This document shows positions 12,401-21,715 of a stretch of 64,000 nt of DNA, in pieces. Every line of letters begins with the position of its first letter. Position 1 is the stretch's first letter. Both the position numbers and the translations under genes were made by a program. The notes under the pieces were generated by a model. The model was not told where the DNA came from. It searched no databases and saw only the letters and a program-made list of their open reading frames with translations. The DNA is from an uncultured Acidobacteriota bacterium (GTDB lineage: Bacteria; Acidobacteriota; Blastocatellia; RBC074): the NCBI GenBank assembly GCA_963796275.1, contig CAWCKY010000006.1, positions 256,001-320,000 on the forward strand. Reading direction: 5' to 3'.

Positions 12401-12739
12401 CTAATCGCAGGGTTTGCGCGGGCACTTGCACATGTCTTTGTGGCAAAATGAGCGGCAGCGGTAGTCTTCCCTCTGGGTGCCGTCCTGGTTACAGTCAGTC
12501 TTGCAGTGGCAGTTTACCTGCTCTTTGTTTGGCTTATGGCTGCAACTTTTTTCTGGGCGTTTGTGTCCGGGGTTGCCCTCTTCCTGGCCAGGCTCCTGAC
12601 CAGGATCTTGCGCCACAGCCAGGTGGCAGCCGCTATGGCTCTCCGTTGTGACGGGCCGCTTCACCAACGCGTTCCCGATGAGCATAGTGATTAGCGCGGC
12701 CAGCAATAATCCTGCGTTCGTTCTCTTGTTCAAGATCAT
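12401..12739 (-). CDS. Small secreted Cys-rich protein (10 Cys)
   Basis: Signal-like N-terminus, GGAG RBS, sigma-54 motif upstream, dense Cys/His C-terminus. Confidence 0.7.
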   Translation of the reverse strand: MILNKRTNAGLLLAALITMLIGNALVKRPVTTESHSGCHLAVAQDPGQEPGQEEGNPGHKRPEKSCSHKPNKEQVNCHCKTDCNQDGTQREDYRCRSFCHKDMCKCPRKPCD

Positions 12740-12796
12740 TGGATATATCTCCGCGGCGAACGAGGCCTCCCGCGTCTCCGCAATGGATGCCTATTG

Positions 12797-12811
12797 GCAA
12801 ATTGTGCGCCA
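12797..12811 (-). promoter_or_regulatory. Putative sigma-54 promoter
   Basis: The minus strand reads TGGCGCACAATTTGC (TGGC-N7-TTGC), 58 nt upstream of the start at 12739. Confidence 0.65.
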
Positions 12812-13412
12812 CGACCCATATCTCTCTGGAGAGTCCCGGATAACCAGTTTACGAGCTTAGCGGTTAACGGAGACAGCCTTAACCCATGGTTGTAGATTGC
12901 CAGCTTGATACTTGATGGAAGTTACGTTATGTCTAGGAAACTTTGAAATATCTCAGGACCAGGGGGCAGGGATCTGGACTCACCGCATAAATGCTCGGCG
13001 TAATAGCCTTCTCTATCCAACTCGCGATAAATACGTTGACTGATTGCTGCAACACGTAACATATCAATTAGGTGTGGTGAATCGATGATGTTAACGGGTG
13101 GCGCGCAGATATCCTTTTTAGAAGGGACTGTCAATTCTAACAGTGTTTCGTGTCACGACTATTCCGATAGAATGTAAGCTGCGGATCAGTTATCAGGCTA
13201 TCTCCTCAAGCGGTGAAGACAGGCGCTACTAATTCAAAAACACACCGATGACATGCAAAAGCGATCTCCCAACAGGTTGCACATGGCGCAGAAGTAATTG
13301 GGAAGAAACGCCGGATACTGATCAGTCACAGAGACTGGCTTCGGCTGATAAACAAAAATCATTTTCATCGGATTGAATCCATCATGAAAAAACAGAAAGG
13401 GAGGCCAAAACC

Positions 13413-14963
13413 ATGGCAACAAAACAACCAAATATACTGATTTTGTGGGGCGACGATATTGGCATGTGGAACATCAGCCATTTCAGTCGCGGCCAGATGG
13501 GCTACCGGACACCTAACATCGACCGCATCGCGCAAGAAGGGATGACTTTCACCGACTACTACGCGCAGCAGAGCTGCACTGCCGGTCGCGCGAGCTTCAT
13601 CACGGGCCAGAACCCCATCCGCACTGGCTTGACCAAGGTCGGAATGCCCGGCGCCACTGTCGGCCTCCAGGCGGAGGACCCGACCATCGCCGAACTGTTG
13701 AAGCCGCTTGGTTATGCCACCGGTCAATTCGGGAAGAACCATCTGGGTGACCGCAATGAATATTTACCGACAGTGCATGGGTTTGACGAATTCTTCGGCA
13801 ATCTGTATCACCTGAACGCCGAAGAAGAACCGGAACTGCCGGATTATCCGAAGGATCCGGAATTCAAAAAGAAATTTGGTCCTCGCGGCGTGCTTCACTG
13901 CCTAGCGACCGACAAGGACGACTCGACGGATGAGCCGCGCTGGGGCAAGGTGGGCAAGCAGAAGATACAGGACACCGGTCCGCTTACCAAGAAGCGCATG
14001 GAGACTATCGACGAGGAGATCACTGAACGCGCTCTCGCGTGGATGGAGAAGCAGGCCAAGGCGAAGCAGCCGTTCTTTCTCTGGTACAACTCCACGGCCA
14101 TGCACTTCCGGACGCACGTTGCCGAAAAGAACATCGGCAAGAGCGGGCAGGACCCTTACAGCGATCGGATGGTTGTCCACGACGAGCAGATCGGCATGAT
14201 GCTCGACAAGCTCGATGAGCTGGGCATCGCCGATAACACGATCGTCATGTATTCCACTGACAACGGCCCGGAGAACGACACCTGGCCGGACGGCGCCAAC
14301 ACCCCGTTCCGCGGCCAGAAGGACACCAACTGGGAAGGCGGATGGCGCGTGCCATCATTCATCCGCTGGCCGGGCAAGATCAAGCCGGACACAGTCCTGA
14401 ACGGCATTGTCTCCCACATTGATATGCTTCCTACCCTCCTCGCTGCGGCAGGTGGTGACACTGACATCACTCAGAAGCTGCTCAAAGGCTACAAGGTCGG
14501 TGACAAGACCTTCAAGGTGCATCTCGATGGCTACAACATGATCCCGTACCTCACGGGCGAGGTGAAGGAGAGCCCCAGGCAGTCTATTTTTTACTTTAGC
14601 GACGACGGGGACGTCATTGCGGTGCGGGTTGGCGACTACAAGTTCAATTTGTCGATACAAAACGCCAATACGATGCAACTTTGGGCGGAGCCTTTCAAGA
14701 AACTTCGGCTACCGCATATAGTGAACCTCCGTCGCGACCCGTTCGAGCGGGCCGACTTCAACTCGAACACCTATTTTGATTGGATGGTGAATCATGTTCC
14801 TCAGATGTACATGATGCAGGATGTCGTCGCGGAGCAGATCGAGAACTTCGCGAAGTTTCCGCCGCGCCAGAAACCTGCCTCGTTCAACCTGGACGCAGTG
14901 ATGGCACAAGTAGTAGCCGCAACCGGAGCTGCGGCGAAGGCTGCGGGAAAAGGCGGAAAGTAA
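13413..14963 (+). CDS. Cys-type arylsulfatase (cytoplasmic, no signal peptide)
   Basis: PNILILWGDDIG, CTAGR (CxxxR formylglycine motif), GKNHLG, TDNG, WEGGWRVP. Confidence 0.95.
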   Translation: MATKQPNILILWGDDIGMWNISHFSRGQMGYRTPNIDRIAQEGMTFTDYYAQQSCTAGRASFITGQNPIRTGLTKVGMPGATVGLQAEDPTIAELLKPLGYATGQFGKNHLGDRNEYLPTVHGFDEFFGNLYHLNAEEEPELPDYPKDPEFKKKFGPRGVLHCLATDKDDSTDEPRWGKVGKQKIQDTGPLTKKRMETIDEEITERALAWMEKQAKAKQPFFLWYNSTAMHFRTHVAEKNIGKSGQDPYSDRMVVHDEQIGMMLDKLDELGIADNTIVMYSTDNGPENDTWPDGANTPFRGQKDTNWEGGWRVPSFIRWPGKIKPDTVLNGIVSHIDMLPTLLAAAGGDTDITQKLLKGYKVGDKTFKVHLDGYNMIPYLTGEVKESPRQSIFYFSDDGDVIAVRVGDYKFNLSIQNANTMQLWAEPFKKLRLPHIVNLRRDPFERADFNSNTYFDWMVNHVPQMYMMQDVVAEQIENFAKFPPRQKPASFNLDAVMAQVVAATGAAAKAAGKGGK

Positions 14964-15113
14964 ACCGCATTGAACCGCAATGGCGCGGGTCAAATGAAGA
15001 GATACATAACCGGCGGACAGGGGGGCGCCGGGGTATCCGATTTACAAACTGAATGGAAGCATGCCCATTCGTCGCGCACCACTAAATAGAAAATCGCGTG
15101 CGGAAAGAAAAGA

Positions 15114-15173
15114 CCGCGTAAACGCGGAACTCCAAGCGCAAGCGATTTGTTTGGAGTTCCGCCTTCAGGCGGT
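15114..15173. repeat. REP doublet (inverted pair)
   Basis: CCGCGTAAACGCGGAACTCCAA ... TTGGAGTTCCGCCTTCAGGCGG. Each arm has its own small palindrome. Confidence 0.6.
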
Positions 15174-15194
15174 TAGAAAATTCATGGTTATGAG

Positions 15195-16514
15195 GTGTCA
15201 AAAGTACACCGTGATCGTGGCGGCGATAATGAATTGGTATGCAGCGAGATCGATATGAGCGAGCAAGGGCAAGGTGTACCTGCCGGTTCTTCCGAGGATG
15301 TCCGAGCCTTTTACGAACGATTGCCTTATCCGAGGCCGCTCACCAGCCTGGATGAACACCGTGAACTATACAAGAACCCGGACCATCGCCGGACCCAGTT
15401 CCATCTGATGTGGCCAACCGAGCCGCTGCGCCAAAAACAGGAGATACTCGTTGCCGGCTGCGGCACGTCGCAGGCAGCCAGATACGCGCTTCGCGAGCCT
15501 GATGCTCAAATCACAGCAATCGACATCAGCGAGACGAGTCTGCGCTACACGCGCGACCTCCAGCGAAAGTATGGCCTGAAAAACCTCGATCTCCACCGGC
15601 TTTCGATTGAAAACGTCCGGCAGCTCGGGCGCACTTTCGACCAGATCATTTGCACCGGAGTGCTCCATCACCTGCCGGATCCGGACATCGGGCTCCATGC
15701 CCTCCGTGATGTCCTTAATCGGCAGGGCGCGATGCACCTGATGGTCTATGCAGCGTACGGACGCGCCGGCATCTATATGATCCAGGATTACTGTCGCCTG
15801 CTCGGCATTAGTTCCTCGGATAAGGATCTGCGTGATCTCGGCGCCACGCTTGAGTCCTTACCTATGAACCATCCGCTCAGTAACATGATGCGGAGGGTGG
15901 CGGACTTCAGGCATCCCGACTCCCTTGCTGATGCGCTATTTCATCCAATGGAGCGCGCCTACACCGTACCGCAGCTGTATGCCTGGCTCGAGCGCTGCGG
16001 GATGTCTTTCGGTCGCTGGATGGAGCAGGCCCCATACCTGATCCAATGCGGGATGATAGCTAATATCCCTCATAGCGCGCGTCTGGCGTCGCTTCCGGTG
16101 CCATTACAGCATGCGGCCGTGGAGTTGTTCCGTGGGACGATGGTCAAACACAATGTAGTCGCCTACCGTGACGATCGCGCGGGCGAGAGCCAGCCAATCG
16201 CTTTTGTCGGCGATCGCTGGCGCGAATACGTCCCAATCCGGCTGCCCTGGACCGTCTGCGTCCGAGAGCGGGTGCCACCGGGTAGCGTGGCCGTCTTGAT
16301 CAATAAGGCCCACACCTTCACCGATCTCATTCTCACCGTCAACGCTGTTGAGGATCGACTGCTAGGTGCGATCGACGGGAAGCGAACACTGGGTGAAATT
16401 CTGCAGTTTGTAGGCAAGGGCTGTGACGAGCGCCGAGCCCTGGGTTTCTTTGAGCGGCTCTGGCAATATGACCAGGTGGTGTTCGACGCATCATCGCATT
16501 CCGGTCGCTCGTGA
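15195..16514 (+). CDS. Class I SAM-dependent methyltransferase (likely start about 15255)
   Basis: ILVAGCGT, AIDIS, FDQIICTGVLHHL. Confidence 0.88.
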   Translation: MSKVHRDRGGDNELVCSEIDMSEQGQGVPAGSSEDVRAFYERLPYPRPLTSLDEHRELYKNPDHRRTQFHLMWPTEPLRQKQEILVAGCGTSQAARYALREPDAQITAIDISETSLRYTRDLQRKYGLKNLDLHRLSIENVRQLGRTFDQIICTGVLHHLPDPDIGLHALRDVLNRQGAMHLMVYAAYGRAGIYMIQDYCRLLGISSSDKDLRDLGATLESLPMNHPLSNMMRRVADFRHPDSLADALFHPMERAYTVPQLYAWLERCGMSFGRWMEQAPYLIQCGMIANIPHSARLASLPVPLQHAAVELFRGTMVKHNVVAYRDDRAGESQPIAFVGDRWREYVPIRLPWTVCVRERVPPGSVAVLINKAHTFTDLILTVNAVEDRLLGAIDGKRTLGEILQFVGKGCDERRALGFFERLWQYDQVVFDASSHSGRS

Positions 16515-16759
16515 ACATATGGCTCCTATTGACATGCTACCAAAGCCGGCCAATACTCAAGAAGAGAACCCATTAGAACAGCTTATGCGCAAATAAAAGA
16601 CGACACGATCGACATGAAGGGCACATCCTGGGTTCCTTCATACTGGCAGGAGCGACGCGGCTGGCCTGTTGGCTGGGCAACGCGGCGGGAAGCGAGAGTG
16701 GATCCGATGATCGTACTGCGAAATGATCAGCTAATTATTGACAATGCTAAAGGCGAATA

Positions 16760-18322
16760 ATGGCATCAGAATGTTCATCATCCAAAAACTCTGACGATTT
16801 GGTCAGCGCCTCCGAGGCGACCGAAGATTCGGCAGCATCGCCCGAACTGGATGATACCCATGTTGTAGACGAGCTATCCGAGTCCAATGGCTCCGGCAGC
16901 GGCACCGGAGGGCGGCAAGCGCCCTCTGCCAATAGGCTGGTTGACCGTATTCTGAACCTGCTTCGCTCCGTATCGTTCGGGATTGTTCTGCTGGTGCTTC
17001 TGATCATCGCCTCTATGATCGGCGATATCTATCAAACGAAATTCTTCAACCTGATATTGGCCCTATTGAGCATCAACTTCATCCTGGTGTCGATCGATCA
17101 TCTCCCGGACGCGTGGAGATATATTTTGCACAAACGAGCCACCGTCTCTCCGACATTCGCAATGGCGCAAGACTTCAAGGAGAAGATCGAATTGCCGATT
17201 CTCGGCCAGAACCAGTTGGTCGAGCGGGCGGCGGCAGCGGCCGGGGCGATGAAGTTCACGCTCCGGGTCACCCCGGAGATGACGATGACGACGATCTTCG
17301 CCGAACGCGGCGCCTGGAATCGTCTCGGCAGCTATTCGCTCCACGTCGCTCTGTTAACGATCTTCGTCTCCAGCCTCTGGGATCATTACCGCGGGTACGC
17401 TGGATGGATGTGGATCGAGCCCGAAAAAAGGTCTGACAGAATGGCCGCGCAGATGTTCAACGTCGAGAACGTGACGGCGCAACATGAGACCGACCAGTTA
17501 GAATTGCGGTTGCCCTTTACGGTCGAAGGGCTCGATATTCAGCAGAAGTTGATCAATGACAACCTGTCGATCGACGTAAGCAACACGGTCGACTGGATCA
17601 CCAGGGTACGCATTCATGACCACGAAACGGGGGGGAAGACGGAGGCATCGATCCGCATTAACAACCCCTTTGATTACCACGGCTACCGATTCTTCCAGGT
17701 TGCATTCAGCCCTATGGGAAATGCCCGCACAATCAGATTGAAGGTATCGCTCGCTTCGGGCGGCGCTTCGGAAGAGGTCACCCTCGGGCGCAACAGCAAG
17801 GCGAAGCTCTCTGACGGCACGCAATTGCACTACTTTGAATTCAATCCGAGCTTCACCGTCAATGCCGACCAGGAAGTGGGGGTCACGTCGCGCGACTATG
17901 TCAATCCGGCCGCGCACCTGGCTTATCTCAAGCCGGGAGGAGAGCACGGTGAGATGTGGGCCTTCACTGCGGACTTTATCAATACGATCTCGAACGCGTC
18001 ATTTATTAAATCGAAATTTTTGGACGACGGCCCTTATCGACTGGTCCTGACTGACTTCGAGAAGGTGTCGTACGCACACATGCTCTCGATTCAGCACTAT
18101 CCCGGAACAAAGCTGATGTATGTAGGTTATGCAATCCTCGGGTTCGCACTGATCGGAATCTTCTTCTTTTCACACCAGCGCATCTGGATCGTGGTCGAGG
18201 ACGGGAATATCTATGTGGGCGGGAATACAAACCGCAACCGGCTCGGGTTTGAAGCTCGTGTGAAGAAGGTCATCACACTGATTCGCGAGCCGTGGACTGC
18301 AGAGAATCGAACAATCGAATAG
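16760..18322 (+). CDS. resB: Cytochrome c biogenesis protein ResB/Ccs1 (system II), possibly internally deleted
   Basis: N-terminal TMs, RLGSYSLHVALL (conserved His), NNPFDYHGYRFFQ, PG..LMYVG..FFSHQRIW. Confidence 0.82.
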   Translation: MASECSSSKNSDDLVSASEATEDSAASPELDDTHVVDELSESNGSGSGTGGRQAPSANRLVDRILNLLRSVSFGIVLLVLLIIASMIGDIYQTKFFNLILALLSINFILVSIDHLPDAWRYILHKRATVSPTFAMAQDFKEKIELPILGQNQLVERAAAAAGAMKFTLRVTPEMTMTTIFAERGAWNRLGSYSLHVALLTIFVSSLWDHYRGYAGWMWIEPEKRSDRMAAQMFNVENVTAQHETDQLELRLPFTVEGLDIQQKLINDNLSIDVSNTVDWITRVRIHDHETGGKTEASIRINNPFDYHGYRFFQVAFSPMGNARTIRLKVSLASGGASEEVTLGRNSKAKLSDGTQLHYFEFNPSFTVNADQEVGVTSRDYVNPAAHLAYLKPGGEHGEMWAFTADFINTISNASFIKSKFLDDGPYRLVLTDFEKVSYAHMLSIQHYPGTKLMYVGYAILGFALIGIFFFSHQRIWIVVEDGNIYVGGNTNRNRLGFEARVKKVITLIREPWTAENRTIE

Positions 18323-18493
18323 TCTTGTTTTGAGAGAAATTTGATTTTTGTGACTTCAGCGTTGATCCATCAAATAGTTCCAAGACCGACCCAGTCTGAA
18401 CTCCTATAATCCGCCCTCCACCTTCGCTAAATTTGGCGAGATGCGGCGAAAGACGAAGTGGGAAGTAACTTCGGTGCTATGCAAAGGCTCAAG

Positions 18494-19420
18494 TTAATCT
18501 ATCCCATGAGGCCGGAAGGGGTGCCGATCATCTTTTTCCGCCTCTATCCGCCGTCCGTTGATGAAAACTCCCATGCGCTCTTTCACGGCGATGAATTCCG
18601 AGCTGTTAGTTTGATACTCCCGCCGCTCCGGGAAACGCACCAGGAGTTTCTGGACTTCCTCAATGCGGTCTCTATTCATCGGATGTGTGCGAAAGACCTT
18701 CCTCACTGTGCCGGGCATCTTCTTTTCCGAGGCTCGCAGTTTCTCAAAGAAAGATATCAATCCGTTAGGATCGTACCCTGTTTTCCATAAATACTGGGCT
18801 GCCAGGCGGTCGGCCTCTTTTTCTGAACCGCGAGAGAACTTGAAGAACGAGAGCGGAATCACGAGGCCGGCAGCTTGATTTACAAGGAAACCGCCCCAGC
18901 CACCAAAAAATATCAGAGGTATCGCTCCCCAATGGATCAGATCGTTTTTTGAGGCTTGTTCGACTCCGTGCCGTGCCGCGATGTGCGCCACTTCATGAGC
19001 GATCACTCCCGCGAGTTCAGCCTCGTTGTCGACAGCCTCGATTAACCCTCGATTGATATATAGATAACCTCCCGGCAGCGTGAAAGCATTGATGTGTGAT
19101 GAATCGATCACCTTGACCGTAACAGAAACCTTAACGTCCGAGTTGATTACGATATTTTGTGTGACGCGGTTGACGAACTCGAGCAGAATCGGGTCGGTGA
19201 CTAATGCCGAATGCCGATCCATATCAGCAGCCAGTTTCCGGCCGAGCGTTAATTCCTTCTCGAGCGAGTAGAGATTGAGATGCCCTTTATTGATGTCACG
19301 CTTGCCGATCAGTTGGGGGTTATCTTTCTTTTTTAGCGGCTTATCCGCCAGCACAGGTGTGACGACAAGCCAAAAGACCGGCAGCGACAATATAAGCATG
19401 GTCAGATATTTCGTCGTCAA
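18494..19420 (-). CDS. M48-family zinc metallopeptidase (secreted)
   Basis: INAFTLPGG, ELAGVIAHEVAH, FSRGSEKEAD, FRTHP. Confidence 0.93.
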   Translation of the reverse strand: MTTKYLTMLILSLPVFWLVVTPVLADKPLKKKDNPQLIGKRDINKGHLNLYSLEKELTLGRKLAADMDRHSALVTDPILLEFVNRVTQNIVINSDVKVSVTVKVIDSSHINAFTLPGGYLYINRGLIEAVDNEAELAGVIAHEVAHIAARHGVEQASKNDLIHWGAIPLIFFGGWGGFLVNQAAGLVIPLSFFKFSRGSEKEADRLAAQYLWKTGYDPNGLISFFEKLRASEKKMPGTVRKVFRTHPMNRDRIEEVQKLLVRFPERREYQTNSSEFIAVKERMGVFINGRRIEAEKDDRHPFRPHGID

Positions 19421-19435
19421 AGCTGATTCTCTCTC

Positions 19436-20262
19436 TCATCGCTCATTAATGGAGCGGCCGAAGCGGTATCGGGCATCTGGTCGGCCCTGACGGCGAGGAC
19501 GTTGCCGCCGCTGAGCTGTCAGTTGCGGGTCGTGAAAGCCTGAGGGGCGTTTGACGATGATCGGCAACTCGACGCTGTCGAGCATGGATTCGTCGTTAGG
19601 ACTGTCGCCGATGCCGATGGTGGTGATCAGGCCAGAGGCGCGAATGAACAAGTCATTGAGAAACTTGACTGCCATACCTTGTCGTAATTGCCCTGCAGAT
19701 GGTAATACCGACCGCCCGTCAAGTATTGCAGACCCGCCTGGATGATTCGTTGCAAGAATTCCCGGGTCTCTTCCGGCGCGGAGTCGGAGAAGCGGAATGG
19801 CTCGCTATATTCGCGGTCTTTGGCACGCTGTGCTTCAACGATAGTCATGGAGCATTCGTGGGCGATCTCCTTGACCGTCATGTCGTTGAAACCGACGATG
19901 CTGATGCCGGGAAATTCAGCGCGAAAACTACGGAAGAGATTGACGAGCTTCTCGTATTGTTCGCCCATTTCGATCACCGTGTAACCTGCCCGTGAAGTGC
20001 TATTCTCGATGGTGAAGGGAAAGTATCCGTCCGGCACATAGATCGCACCGCCGTTCTCCACGATGAATGGATCGTTCACCCCCGTGGCCTTGCGAATATA
20101 TTCGATCTCGGCGCGCGTCTTACTCGAACAGAAAACGATCGGGATGCCTCTTTTCTGCGCAGCCCGCAATGCCGGCAAAGACCTCAGAAACGAATAGTTT
20201 TTTTCATCGAGAAAGGTGCCGTCCAGATCGGTGTAAATAATGATCTTGCTAATCTGACTCAT
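19436..20262 (-). pseudogene. Mannosyl/glucosyl-3-phosphoglycerate phosphatase (HAD-IIB), frameshifted near 19680 with a degenerate C-terminus
   Basis: TDLDGT, SSKT, PFIVENGG and REYSEP in one frame; GDSPND in the next frame. Confidence 0.85.
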
Positions 20263-20266
20263 AAAT

Positions 20267-20440
20267 TCAGTAATCCTCTCTCCGTTCATTGTCCGCTTCG
20301 ACCGCCGCCCTCAGCTCCTCCAGGAAATGGGGGAAGGCCGAAGCGACGCGGTTCCAATTGGGAATCAACGGAATGCCGAGCGGATCGTCAAAGAATTTTT
20401 CGGAAGCGATTCTGATTCCGCGGGCGAAAGAGTCCACCGC
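20267..20440 (-). pseudogene. 3' remnant of a glucosyl-3-phosphoglycerate synthase-like glycosyltransferase
   Basis: A frame missing from the ORF track reads AVDSFARGIRIASEKFFDDPLGIPLIPNWNRVASAFPHFLEELRAAVEADNERREDY*. It resembles GpgS-type C-termini and stops 4 nt before the phosphatase ATG. Confidence 0.7.
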
Positions 20441-20559
20441 TCCTTTTCCACTTGCGAAACATCAGCCGATTTTGATCCGTATGCAGTCTCGGCCAAGACG
20501 ACGCTTGCGGACAACAGAAAAGGCAACATGCCCGATATCGTCCGTTTATTTAGAATCAT
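20365..20559 (-). CDS. Small secreted-protein ORF (MILNKRT...), probably truncated where it joins the gpgS remnant
   Basis: Strong RBS GAGGAGGTG, signal peptide, sigma-54 motif upstream. Confidence 0.5.
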   Translation of the reverse strand: MILNKRTISGMLPFLLSASVVLAETAYGSKSADVSQVEKERWTLSPAESESLPKNSLTIRSAFR

Positions 20560-20642
20560 ATGGTTTCACCTCCTCTTATAAACACGGGGTTATAAACTCG
20601 GGGACACATATCATTGGCAAGAGTGGTTAAAAATTATTTCGG

Positions 20643-20657
20643 GCAATCGTTATGCCG
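20643..20657 (-). promoter_or_regulatory. Putative sigma-54 promoter
   Basis: The minus strand reads CGGCATAACGATTGC (GG-N10-GC). Confidence 0.55.
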
Positions 20658-20910
20658 GTAAATCTTCACACTGCCCATCTCATTGTTATTTATATCGATA
20701 GTTCGGAAGCGAACCATCCCAGGCGCTTCAAACGCGGAGCTGTGGGGTGAAATGCGACATTCGAGTGGCAAGTTTACTCACAACCATTAATTCAGAGGTA
20801 TGTGGTCCATGTGCAAATTTATGGATGATGCGTGAGGTATCCTCATTGTCTAGAAAAAAATTCAGCGAAAATAAAGGTGGATCGTTGCATGCGGTTTTTT
20901 CAAGCTGTGA

Positions 20911-21396
<486 letters not shown>

Positions 21397-21715
21397 AGAA
21401 TCATTTACCGACGCCTGAGCCAGTCACAGCCTGGCCAGCCCCTCTCCGGCAAAATGCCCCCAACCCTTCCCGCCGCAGGTAGTACCTGGATTACGCGCCA
21501 GGCGCTGGACAGTATTTGTAAACCTCTCATTGCGAATTTATAATATTCCAGTGAAGCCCTCGAAATCGGTTCTAGACAAAGTTTTGAGAGAAGTGGAATG
21601 AGCCGAACGTCATCATCCTCCGAAATTTGATGGACCTCTATCCTTAATAGTTGAGCAAGGATTATCCCCAACCATAAATTGCGCGACTCACCTCGTATTC
21701 TTTAGCGGAGCGTTA

